Positions 11,011 to 22,899 of a stretch of 64,000 nt of DNA are shown one piece after another. The notes under the pieces were generated by a model. That model saw nothing but the letters and a program-made list of their open reading frames with translations. It made no database searches and was not told the origin of the DNA. Position 1 is the first letter of the stretch, and every line of letters starts with the position of its first letter. Source of the DNA: Octopus sinensis (Eukaryota); contig NC_043015.1 in assembly GCF_006345805.1 (NCBI RefSeq), positions 19,282,001 to 19,346,000 of the forward strand. The letters are read 5' to 3'. The translations under genes were made by a program, and so were the position numbers.

Positions 11011-13139
11011 ATTTATGTATATACACAAAAGTATTCAGCACTGCTATTAAAGAAGGTAGTCCGTGGTAAGTGGTACCTAGTGTAAGGGATACTCACTGGA
11101 GACTGTAAAGCATGAAAGCAAGAACAACTACATTCTAAATCTTACATACACACACACACACATGTTGTCATTATTGTTGTTGTTTACACTGTTCTTGTTC
11201 AGTGTCATATTGATTGCTGAAACATCTTTAGCTGAAGGTCTGCTCAGTCAAGGATGACCTAGAACTAGACAACAACAACAGAAATATCTAGAAACATTAA
11301 GAAATTATCAGTTTTAGCAGCCCAACAGACTTCAAGATCTCTCTTATGCCAAAAATAAAATTAAAATAACTTTTATGTATTGAGTTTTATATTCTGAATT
11401 AAAACCTCACTGAGGTCAATTTTCACTTTTCATTTTTTTTATGATCAACAAAATTTCAAGACAAGTTGATAGAATTATTAGAGCAAAATAATACCACAAA
11501 ACACTTTGTGGTATTTGTTCCAGTTCTTTATGAGTTTCCAGGCAGTAAACTTATCTGTACCAAGCTTTCAATATAGTGCCTTTTTAAAAATGTCCAACTA
11601 AAGCTAAAACAAGAAACCATTTTTGTATTTTCTCAAGAAAACTCTATTACAAGAAGGTAGCAGACTTTTAAAGATGATACCAGGAATCAATTGCAACTGC
11701 ACAGTAAGGAAAGTTGTTCACTTTATATTGGAAAGCCAAATCTAAGACTGTTCATATATATTAAGTAAGATTTCATTAGTATAAATAAATTTAATAAGAA
11801 TTACATTGCATATAATGGGTCACTAGAAATTATATACCTTGTACCATAAACTCAGTACTCGGACCTGTTCTGTTCAATAATATTAGATTTAGCATTTGAT
11901 ACTATATTTTGTTACTTATAGTTATTTACATTTACATGTACATTATAAAAAATATAGTATCAAATAGTTTAAATAATTGAAAAGTATAAGAAAACAATGT
12001 AGATATAACAGAATAGTTTGAATATATAATAAAGAAAAACTGTTATCCTCTTATAATCTTCTGTCTGTTATGTTACATCTGCCTACTTAAAGACCTGATT
12101 AAATTAAACATTTTATATTGAACAAATAAATAGACCAACATGAATTTTTCTGAAATTTCTGAAAATTTAGAGGAGTCTAGCTGATTGAATTCACAGAATG
12201 TCAGCAGCACAGAAAAAGAGTTAGTGACCAGTATTCATCATCAAAATTGTACTTAAACTATCTAGTTGTAGAATAGGTAGAGAGGCAGAGCTCACTGTTG
12301 AAAGTAGTCTGAATAGTGTATCTGGCAAGTGTTTCAACTTGAATTTGTTGAGTCCTTAATTATTCTATGGGATTAATGTGCCATAAATTTGTATTTTGTT
12401 CCTGAAAATGTCTTTTAAACGAGTACACTGAGAACTGGAATACCTTCAGCATACTGCATCTTCATAGTCAAATGGCAAGTAAAAAAAACCTTTTAAATTT
12501 AGTTAAATTAAGCAATATATAATCATATTTAGAATCCTGAGGAGTTTGAAAAAAAATGCTCACCTTATAAAAAGATTATCTGCTGAAAGAAAGAGAAGGT
12601 ATTACAATAACATTTCTCAGAAGTATCAAAAAGAATGATTTACTTTTAAATTTCAAAAGATAATGTTATGTATCATTTACAGTGTTATGTATATGTATTA
12701 TGTATTATGAACTGATAACCTATGATCAAAAAAATTTAAATAGAAAAGAATACAGGATTTTTCCCTCATGATAACAGGGGTCAGATTCATTTATAATACA
12801 GCATCTGTCAATGAATCTTAATACATTATGTTATCAATGAGCCATAGTATTACATTCTCTTCTGACTCCTAATTTCATCCTTTCAAAACTTCATTAATCT
12901 ACATCTACTTTCCAAGTAATTATACTTTTCGCTATCAAGTATCATTACGAGAATCACATGCTACTATTGTAAAACTTTCTTACATATATCATCTTTAATG
13001 AAAATATAGAGTTTCTATCCCAACTGCTTCACATCTACAGTTGCTAGTAATTTATACAATCACTGTATATTTTATGTTTATGTGTTAATGTACAAAACAA
13101 TGAGAAAATCTTTATTTTATTTTTATCAAAACTAGTTTG

Positions 13140-13421
13140 CTTTTGGTGGTTTCAGCTGAAGTCTGCATCCACATTAGCTCATCAGCTTTGGTGTAACCAG
13201 CTTTTATTTCACACTTACTTGCCAGCTTTCTTTCTAGAACTGCTTCTAGTGGAATAGTGAGTTAGACGGAGTTGCTCTTCTTTACGTTTCTTGTTATCAT
13301 GTGGGTTTATTTGGTACTTTAGATATAAATTTGGCCAGATTTTTTTTTAAAACATTCATATCTATATTTTGTAGAGCTTTTAGGTTGTTTGTCAGTCTTG
13401 AAAACCTAAGCTGTTACAGTA
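13140..13421 (-). mobile_element. 3' end of a CR1/jockey-group LINE (continuation of 15928-17280)
   Basis: Translates as ...NLKALQNIDMNVLKKNLAKFISKVPNKP. It joins 15938 across the tgttacagta TSD. Confidence 0.7.
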
Positions 13422-13589
13422 ATACAGTTGTATATTTAAGAGATGAGGAATTATGTACATTATTTACATTTGACAGAGCTTTGTCCTCATCTTGTTTCGG
13501 TTGATATACCCTCCAACCTTCATCAGGTGAATTGAGGAACTTTCAAACCTGTGTTCTCATTCCTAAGGTATTTTTCAATGTTGTTGTTG

Positions 13590-13682
<93 letters not shown>

Positions 13683-15696
13683 TCACTGCCTCAAATCAAA
13701 CTCAGAATCTTGGGGTTAGTAGCCCACACTCTTAACCACTATGCCATATGCCCATCGGCAATTATTGAGTGAATCTTTAGGGCTTATAAATCTAATATTT
13801 TCCTATCTTTCCTTAATACCATTTCCCATATGCTATTCATATCTGCACTTGGTCTGCTTAGGAGGTTGATGTGTCCTATCATATGTGCTGCTTCTTTTAG
13901 TTTTCATATTTTCCAGTGGTGTTCTGTGTCTATTACTTTAACTTCACTCCACAGGGGGAGGTGGTCTCCATTTTTCTATACATGATCGGCTATACACGAT
14001 TTATCAATATCTCCTTGTGTCACAGCTTTGCAATGTTCCTCTACTTTTATTTTGAGGGGGCGGCATGTTTCACCTACCACATGCAGCTGTGGTAGGTTAT
14101 AACCTACCACAGCTGCATGGGATGGAGTACACACAGTTTTTGGTCATATTCTCTTCTATTGGTGGTTTTACCTGAAGGAGATATTTGCGAAGTGTTGTAT
14201 TACTCTTGAATACTGTCCTGATGTCATATGGGCCGCATATCTTTTGCATTTATTCGGAGAAGCCTTTCACATTGGCTAGACAGACTGTAGATAGATTATT
14301 GGTTTCATCTTCTCTTTTCTTCATAATTGGAGTAGATAATATGTTTTTGGGGGTAGTTGTTGCTTAATAGATTGTTACTGAGCTTGATCATTTCTTTGTG
14401 GTGGGTATCACAATCACTGCTTATATTCCTTGCTTGATATTTTAGGCACTGAGCAATCTCTCTAGTGACAGACATCCATCTAAAAGAACACACTAGTATA
14501 CCAATAAGAAACTTGATGGAAATGTTGACTTTCTGTGTAGAAACTACCTATTTCAGTATGGACACTAATATATATTGACAAGAAAAGGGTTTAGCTATGG
14601 GTTCACCATTATCACCAATAATAGCCAATATATACATGGAATTCTTTGAGAATTTGGCTTTAGAATAGAACACCACTAAAATCAACCCTATAGCTGTGAT
14701 ATGTTGATGACACCTTTATACTCTGGCCCCACCAGGAAGATGACCAAGTGCTGTTAGATCATGTGAACCCAATAAAGTCATCCATACAGTTCACAATGGA
14801 AAAGGAAAAAGACAATCAGCTAGCATTCCTGGACGTATTAATAACATGCACCAAGTATGGATTCAGGACATCTGTATACCGCAAGCCGACCTTCACTGGA
14901 CAATACCTTAACTTCAATTCCCACCATCCATACAGTGTAAAGAGAGGGATTGCTCAGTGCCTAAAACATCGAGCAAAGAATATAAGCTGTGATCGTGATA
15001 CCCACCACAAAGAAATGATCAAGCTCAGTAACAATCTATTAAGCAACAACTACCCCAAAAACATACTATCTACTCCAATTATGAAGAAAAGAGAGGGTGA
15101 AACCAATAAACTGTCTACAGTCTGTCTACCCTATGTGAAAGGCCTCTCCGAAAAAATACAAAAGATATGCGGCCCATATGACATCAGGACAATATTCAAA
15201 AGTAATACAACACTTCGCAAATATCTCCTTCGGGTAAAACCACCAATAGAAGAGAATATGACCACAGACTGTGTGTACTCCATCCCATGCAGCTGTGGTA
15301 TGTTATACAAAGGCAAAACATGCTGCCCCCTCAAAATAAGGGTAGACAAACATTGCAAAGCTGTGACATGGGGAGATATTGATAAATCTGGTATAGCTGA
15401 TCATGTATGGAAAAATGGGGACCACCTCCCTCAGTGGGATGAAGTTAAAGTAATAGACACAGAACACCACTGGAAAATACGAAAACTAAAAGAAGCAGCA
15501 CATATGCTAGGACACATCAACCTCCTAAGCAGACCATGTGCAGATTTGAGCAAAATATGGGAACCGGTATTAAGGAAGGATAGGAAAATATTAGATTTAT
15601 AAGCCCTAAAATTCACTTCATAATTGCCAATGGGCATATGGTGTTAAGAGCATGGGCTACTAACCCCAAGATTCTGAGTTCGATTCCAGTCAGTGA

Positions 15697-15747
<51 letters not shown>

Positions 15748-15927
15748 CAACAACAACAACAGCAACAACAACAGCAACAACAACAACAACGAAAAATACC
15801 TTAGGAATGAGAACCCAGGTTCGAAAGTTCCCCAAGACACCTGATGAAGGTTGGAGAGTATATCAACTGAAACATTGTGTTAACAACAAACAAGATGAGG
15901 ATAAATATCTGTCAAATGTAAATAATG
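13422..15927. mobile_element. Penelope/Poseidon-type PLE with inverted structure and tRNA+HHR pseudo-LTRs at both ends
   Basis: Minus arm 13422-14463 and plus arm 14464-15927; 10-bp TSD tgttacagta (13412-13421 and 15928-15937); RT remnants GLAMGSPLSPIIANIYME and YVDD. Confidence 0.9.
14748..15602 (+). CDS. PLE RT C-terminal/thumb region plus GIY-YIG endonuclease (5'-truncated, decayed)
   Basis: FLDV, VYRKPTFTGQYLNFNSHHP, LPYVKGLSEKI, CVYSIPCSCG.LYKG.T, IADH, RKLKEA. Confidence 0.85.
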   Translation: MLLDHVNPIKSSIQFTMEKEKDNQLAFLDVLITCTKYGFRTSVYRKPTFTGQYLNFNSHHPYSVKRGIAQCLKHRAKNISCDRDTHHKEMIKLSNNLLSNNYPKNILSTPIMKKREGETNKLSTVCLPYVKGLSEKIQKICGPYDIRTIFKSNTTLRKYLLRVKPPIEENMTTDCVYSIPCSCGMLYKGKTCCPLKIRVDKHCKAVTWGDIDKSGIADHVWKNGDHLPQWDEVKVIDTEHHWKIRKLKEAAHMLGHINLLSRPCADLSKIWEPVLRKDRKILDL

Positions 15928-17280
15928 TGTTACAGTAGTGTCCCTAATCTAAATGGAGAGGATAGGTTCTTTGGGACAATGCAGTGACATTCAGTCTGGT
16001 CATTGGTATGGCTTTCGATCCCTAAACCATCCAGGATCTTCTATACATATATCACTACATATCTTTTGCATCTTCTCTCTAGGGAGCAGATTCTCAACTT
16101 TTTTAGTCTTTCCCAGTGGCTCATCTGTTGCACCAAGTCTGTATTCTCTGTGTAATGGCATTAGATTGATTTGAGTTCTGCAGTTAGTTTGATGCTTTGT
16201 GGCAACAACAGTTGGAAGCAGTAATTTAGGCAGTTTAGAAACAAAATGTTCTCCATAAGAGTTGCATGGTATCCTTTCTCCTGGTTCTGAATGATCTCAT
16301 AATCCAGCCAGCCACTCACCTGCATAATGTAGCCATCTCAGTAATATGCACATAGGAATGCTGCATCATTACTCATGTGGATTTCCAGGTCATACACAAA
16401 GCCTGACTCTGGGATTGCACTACACCCTGATCCTGTGCATTCCAATTGCAGCCTATTTGTGAACCAATAGTTGAGTATTCTAAACTTTCCAGCATTGAAC
16501 TGCATGCTATTTTCATCAGTCAATTTGTATATTGCATATAGGTCTTTCTGCAGTTTTTGAGTCAGCATAACTGATGAGAGTGGCTGACTGTATGTCTGAG
16601 TGCATATCTGAGAGCCACTACAAACTGTAGTGGTCCCAGTACAGTTCCCTGAGAGACTCTGCTGAGAATTGGTGTCTCCTCAGAAAGAGCTCCATTGGCT
16701 GCAACTGTCTGACTTCAATCTTTTAAAAAGTCATGCAGCCACACCCCTAGTTTTCCAGCAATACTAAGATCATACAGTTTGTAACATATCACCCCATGAT
16801 TAACTTTGTCAAAAGCCTTGGCAAATTAAAGATATATTACATCCACATTTGAGTGGCTGTGGTAACTATATGAACAGAAGCCATTCTGCATGTTTGTGAG
16901 CAAGCTATTTTCTTCTCAGAATGTGATCAACCTCCTTCTGACAATATGTTCTATGACTTTGCTAGCATGTAAAGTCAGAGAGGTGAGCCTGTAATTTTTA
17001 GCATTTATAATGCTTCCTCCTTTATGGTCAGAGTATATTGTACCTTCTTTTAACATTTTCAGAAGTTTACCACATGCAAGGAAACTCTGAAAAGTATGTC
17101 TTTAGAAGTATGCCTTGCATGCCTTTAAAATAACAGCTGGAAATCCATCAGGGTCCATTGCTGAGTTTGAATTCACCTCATCAATGGTCGATATTACACC
17201 TTCCTCTTTTTGTTTTGAGAATGTGAAGGTTAGGTGTATTTTCTTGGTATATTCACTTTTGGGGGATTAGTATTTGAGGG
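15928..17280 (-). mobile_element. CR1/jockey-group LINE RT fragment (decayed)
   Basis: SQGTVLGPL, SYAD, LQKDL..IY.....N.MQFNAGKF and GPDGFPAVILK remnants. Confidence 0.75.
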
Positions 17281-17299
17281 TTCAGAAAAGAATGTAGGT

Positions 17300-18960
17300 G
17301 GGTGGTAAGATTTATTTCGTTGACACATTGGTATTATTTATAATTTTTTCTTATTTATATTTATAGAACACTGGTTATCAACCAAGTATGTTACAGTGAT
17401 ATTTAATATGGAAAGTTTTTTAAACAAATGTTTTAATGTTCACAAGAATATGTTGGTGGGTTTAAAGGGTATAGATCAGCATATTTATCTCAAGTGGATT
17501 ATCTTTCTGGAAAATATTTGATTGACATTTATAATATTCAATGTATGTGTTAAAGAAGGGGAAGTTTGTTGGCTGCTTTTTATTAATATTTCTGAAATTT
17601 GGTATCAGGCATGGGAACTTTTTATAATCTTACATTATTTGTATTAAAATGTGGCATATTTGTGCATTATAAGTCAGGTTGTTCCTCTGTCTTCCTTGCA
17701 TAAATGTATGTGTGTGTTTTTTGCAGGTGTGATACAGATTTTAAAAAATTATGAGAACTTTTTTTTAAAAATGGTGACTCCTAAATAATTTCTTCCTGAA
17801 TTGTTTAGTGTAGGGTTGTAATATCAGTGTTTATGTGTGTTATTATAGATGTGTGCATTCTATTTTATGTGTGTATATTATAGTTGATGGCGAAGGTATT
17901 AATGTTAGAAGTATGGTGGTGAGGTATTCTTATATTTAGCCATTAGTAAAAACTATAGGTTTGAAGTGTATTTAAGATTTTGTGCTTACATAAAGAGACT
18001 AATTTAGAGTTTCAGCTCAGATTTTGGTTCTTTAATATAAGAAAAATCAGAAATACAACAAATATTTAAAATATCTTTGTCAAATGAAAGAGGATCATGG
18101 AAAAATGTCACATTATATAAAATTAATGAAACTCCACTTAATCTAAAAACGCAACATAAAATTTTGTCTATAGCTTCTTCACAATCAGCTGAAATGGTGC
18201 TCTTCCTGATAAATTTATGCCCCATGCAGTTAAAGGTAAGAAATTGTTGAAATTATATATTACTCATAGGATTCATTCGTACAGAATTAGTATGGTTTGT
18301 TATTACCTTTATAAGGTTGTACATGTAACAATATTTTCCAGTTTATAGTAAATGGAGTATTTTTTTTATTTTAATGTCCATATCTGCTTGAATAGAGAGG
18401 TATCATTGTTCCTGTTTGAGTTGCAAAAAGTGCATGTGTTGGTTGCACTGTGTTTTGAATTGGTTTGCTGTAGACCCTATATATGTAGATGTAGTAGTTT
18501 GTTCAGTATTCATGGTTACAGTTGTGCTATAGAAAATATTGCTTGAGAGACACTTTCCTTCTAGAGGGTAAGATGATGATGTTCTACAACTGCAATTGTT
18601 ATTATTTGTGTGATTTTGTTTTCAGATTTAGAGTGGATGTTGGTGGTTATAATTGACTTCAGTTACATCAAAATTGTTAGTTGTAGAATATGACACTTTA
18701 GTGTTGTGCCTATTAATCAGTTTGAGATATTTGTGATTAGGGTGGAAGTGTTTTTGAAATATTGTGAAAAATAATTTGGCTATTAGAGTAGAAACTTGTA
18801 TGTTGAAGAGGAGGTTGAACCACATAATTTTTTTCTTTTTTGAAATGTAATATTGTTTATATATACTACTTTTTCTTTGTGTACAGTTATTTGACCTCTG
18901 TGTCTGATGTGATGCAGCTAGTGCAGACACATTAGGTTTAAAATTTGTCATCTTTAACTG
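17300..18960 (-). mobile_element. Old, AT-rich decayed PLE-like RT element; about 250 bp (18000-18270) duplicated at 19920-20170
   Basis: GHKFI and LCKEDRG (KADKG-like) remnants. The direct duplication is visible and gives paired ORFs 18004-18225 and 19891-20139. Confidence 0.45.
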
Positions 18961-21049
18961 CAAATCACCTCACTTGATTATATCCAGCCTATTTTTACAT
19001 TTAAAAAACAAGATATTAACACAGCTGAAGCCAAGTAGGACATTGGGAAAGCTATCAAAATCAAATTTAAGTGCTTCTATAGATTAGGATAAGTTGTCAC
19101 TGTACTTTGAGGATATCATGCTTACCATGAAGCCTTTACTGTATTGTGAGGTCAGTGTCATTTTGTAAATCTATCAATTCTTCTTGTACATCATCTTTGC
19201 AGTTGATTACGTAGACTTCAAATGTGTTAATATCCTGAAATCATCATTATGCAATGTTTGCAAATAATCACAATATGTAATGACATTCTCATAAACCAAT
19301 TCATCTTTCAAACTATCCAATTGTTGAAATTGGTAGAGTTGACATCTTGAAATGTTCATCTTAAAAAGCATTAATTCAGAAATGAAGGTAGTGATGGATG
19401 ATTTACAGTCAACAAGCAATCATTTAGCTTGGTGAATATGTCACTAAGAAAAAAAATAAGAGGTTGGGGCTGAATAAGTAATATTTACTACCATTTTGAC
19501 TTTGAAGAAAAATATATATTTTTACAAATGTTCCCTACCTTACAAAAACTATATCAGCTAAGCAAATGATTCTGATTTTTAAAAAAATTCCAAAAAGTGT
19601 GGAACTTTTGAGACTGATGGGGGAGAGAAGCAGTTTAAATTGTTTTGAATTCCCATGTGTAGAATACAAACATGCAAAAATTTTCTGAAAATTCTAAAAA
19701 ATATAAAAGTTATGAGGGATTAAATGGGGTGCTTAAACTAGAATTCTACCCTTCTCTAAATGCATTGAAATTACTATAACATATCCAGAACACTACTACA
19801 GAAAATTATCTCCGTTTTCTTTGAACATACAAAAAGACAAAATTAGATGGAGCAAAAATGAGTAAGACAAGTTAAGATAAATTTGTCTCTTCAATTCTCC
19901 AGAATTACATTTGGGAAAAGACTTATACACATCAATATCCATTCATAGTCATCAGAAAAATCAGAAATGCAACAAATATTTAAAATATCTTTGTTAAATG
20001 AAAGAGGATCATGGAAAAATGTCACATTATATAAAATTAATGAAACTCCACTTAATCTAAAAACACAACATAAAATTTTGTCTATAGCTTCTTCACAATC
20101 TGCTGGAATGGTGCTCTTCCTCATAAATTTATGCCCCATGAAGTTAAAGGTAAGAAATTGTTGAAATTATATATTACTCATTTTGTCCCAGTTTAGACAT
20201 AATTTTAGTAGTATAGGAAAAAAATTGACTTGGAATCCAGATATTTTATTAGCAACTTCAATTACAATTGGGTCAAAGTTGAGAAAAACTTTCTAAAAAA
20301 GTTACCTGTCACCTGACTATGTTCCAAACCCTTAGGTTTCAACAACAACAATACTGACCAGTTTTTATTCCCAAAGATAATGCACTACTTGCAATGTAAC
20401 AGTTTCAAATGGGTAGGGAGAAAATATCAGGAAATCAGGAATTGCTCATTTTGCCCCAGTTACTAATTTCCTCCATCTCCACCCCCTACCTCACCCCTAT
20501 TACATTTTGAAGCAATCAGGAAAGTGGATAGTGGAGTGTTTTGAGAAAAAAATTACTATTTTATCAAACAGACCACAAAGTTACCTTTTGACAACCATCG
20601 TATGGTGCAAAAGCCTCACATTATCATCATCATTATTAAAGCACAGTCAAAGAAAATTCATTCTGACAAAGAATTCAATTTTAGCTTGTTAGCAGTCTTA
20701 ATAACCAACTACAGTACATCACTAAACCAGCCATTGATATTTTTTAACACTAAAATCTTTCAGTGAGCTACACAGTGAACTGTTGAAACAGAATGTGGAA
20801 GTTCAAGTTTTGAGAGAGTATCTACCTACTAAAGCAGGTAACAATATTGTTGCCTGCTATAGTATGTTATGCTCATTAAAAAGTAGCATAACGTCAGTAC
20901 TCATTTTATCTATATGTTGAGAAATTGTGTTATTACTAAGTGGAATTGTCTTGATAGTTGTGTCAAGCTTTTATGCATTACAATCGAGAGAACTTCTTCA
21001 ATAACAGGCCTTTGCGACCAATATTGCAATGTTGTATGATGCAATCTTC

Positions 21050-21900
21050 TTGTTATCTTACTACACAGTCACTCTCTGAAATTCCAAGATCAATGTTTTC
21101 TGAATGAGTTCTTAAAGTGTGAGAAATATGACAAAGGTTTTCCTGGCCCAGGAACAAAATTTGCTTAGGGAGTGCAAACTCAGTTCCAAAATTTGGCACT
21201 ACTGGAGAAGTGTGGATCCGAGTTCTGGGAGTGCGCATGTCGCAAATTTGCGCATGCAAGCACGTTAGTCATAAGTAGTCGATTTTAGTACACAGGTAAA
21301 CAACGAGATGCATGCTACTTGCTGTAAATGGAGGGTGGGTTATCCATCTAATACAAGAAGAAAATTGCAGATAAATTGAATAAAAACATGAAAAATAACA
21401 AAATGATATTTCATTGAATGATAGTTCAGAATGTTGTTTTCAAAACATTCATCTCCAGCTTTTCCCATATTTTATTAAGGGTTAGAGTTAGGTTGAGGGT
21501 TAGGGGAGATGAATGGTTTTTTTTCAGTATTCAATGTTTATTTTTCACTTTTATATTCAATTTTCTTTTTGTATTACATGGATAACCCCACTCCATTTAC
21601 AACAAGTAGCGCGCGTCTGTGCATCTCATTGTTTCCCTCTGTGTTAAAATCAACTAGTAGTGCACATCCACGCATCTTGTCATTTGCCTTGTGAGCTAAA
21701 ATCGACTACTTACAACTAACGCGTGCGCACGTGCAAATTTGTGACATGCGCACTCCCAGAACTCAGGTTCCAAAATTTTTACAAACAAGGTAAAGTTTTC
21801 TAATTTGGGTATCAAAACAAACAAATGTTCAATAATAATAACTTTTATTATTATGAGGATCGACTGGAAAATTAACAGGCTGACCAATATATTCTCATGG
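21050..21900. mobile_element. Foldback MITE with internal TTAGGG-like repeats
   Basis: gagttctgggagtgcgcatgtcgcaaattt (~21220) is mirrored at ~21730-21765; central taagggttagagttagg. Confidence 0.6.
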
Positions 21901-22299
21901 AATGTGACCAAATGAAGTTCATTTTTAAATATTAGGATCTTTTCTGCTTGATTTCACCTTCAGAAATTTTGAAATTAAGCAAAAATTTTCAAATTTGAAA
22001 CATTGGTGTAATTTTCCACCTTGAATCTGATGCTATTCACTTACTCCAGAAAAACTTTAGAAAACTGTGACAGAGGTTTAAAGTCTGATCATTTTTCCCT
22101 CAATCAGAGAACAGGATGTGGAAGCTGGCATTTTCTACAAGGTGACAACATTACGATGTTAAAACATTCAACGATAGAAGTTTTAATAAAGTTCTGTGAA
22201 ATGTTGGATAAACATACTGTTGGTTTAGTTCATGTGAACAATACACATTTTTGAAATTGGAACAAAATTGAGGCAATTGAAAAGTGAACATCAAACAGA

Positions 22300-22830
22300 A
22301 AAGATCATCTACATACTTCTTTCAGTGATTCATTGCTTTGATTGCCTTAGAAAAGAAGCTATCCTGTTTGTTAAACAAGTTTTCAACAGCTGATAAGACA
22401 TCATCACTATGATATTGGTTCCTAACTGAGTATTTTTTTTTTATATGTAGGGGATATAGATAATAAGATGAGGTCAAATCACTAAAGTAGCTTAGCAGTT
22501 CAAAGCCAATCACACACAGCAGCCATCGAAACCAATTACTTGTGCGCTGGAGTATTTGTTTCGATGAAAGAAAAACATACTCAACAGTTTTCCTTGCGTT
22601 TGGCCTTGATAGCCTTTCGCAACTGCCTTAGAAAGGTGGCACAGTACAGCACTCTCCATTGATGGTGAGAGCCTTTTGAAAGTAGTCAATAAACACAATG
22701 CTTTTTGAAAGTAGTCAATAAACACAATGCTTTTTGCAATCCAAAATCCTGAGGCCATCACCTTCCATGCAGATTAAACAATCTTGATGACCTTCTTTAG
22801 AGTAAGTGTTGAGGAGTGTCTCCACGGTTA
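22300..22830 (-). mobile_element. Decayed mariner fragment
   Basis: MASGFWIAKSIVFIDYFQK and DDV.SAVENLFNKQDSFF remnants. Confidence 0.6.
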
Positions 22831-22899
22831 GATTATCTCTTATTCTCTAACTCAAAATGATGAACCCAACACATTTAAGGAAACTGGATTTGCCTCAAG

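Noticed and set aside
12290-13300. Putative host exons on the minus strand (AA|gtaagt near 13190)
   Set aside because: 13140-13421 is a LINE 3' end, and no consistent frame continues into 12290-12480.
14748-15602. Selenoprotein-encoding or N-terminal-endonuclease (Naiad/Chlamys-type) PLE
   Set aside because: The endonuclease is C-terminal and no in-frame TGA occupies a Cys position in the ORFs shown.
15632-15700. Functional tRNA gene (also the other module heads)
   Set aside because: Acceptor and T stems are broken; only the A/B boxes and anticodon arm persist, and it is fused to a repeat.
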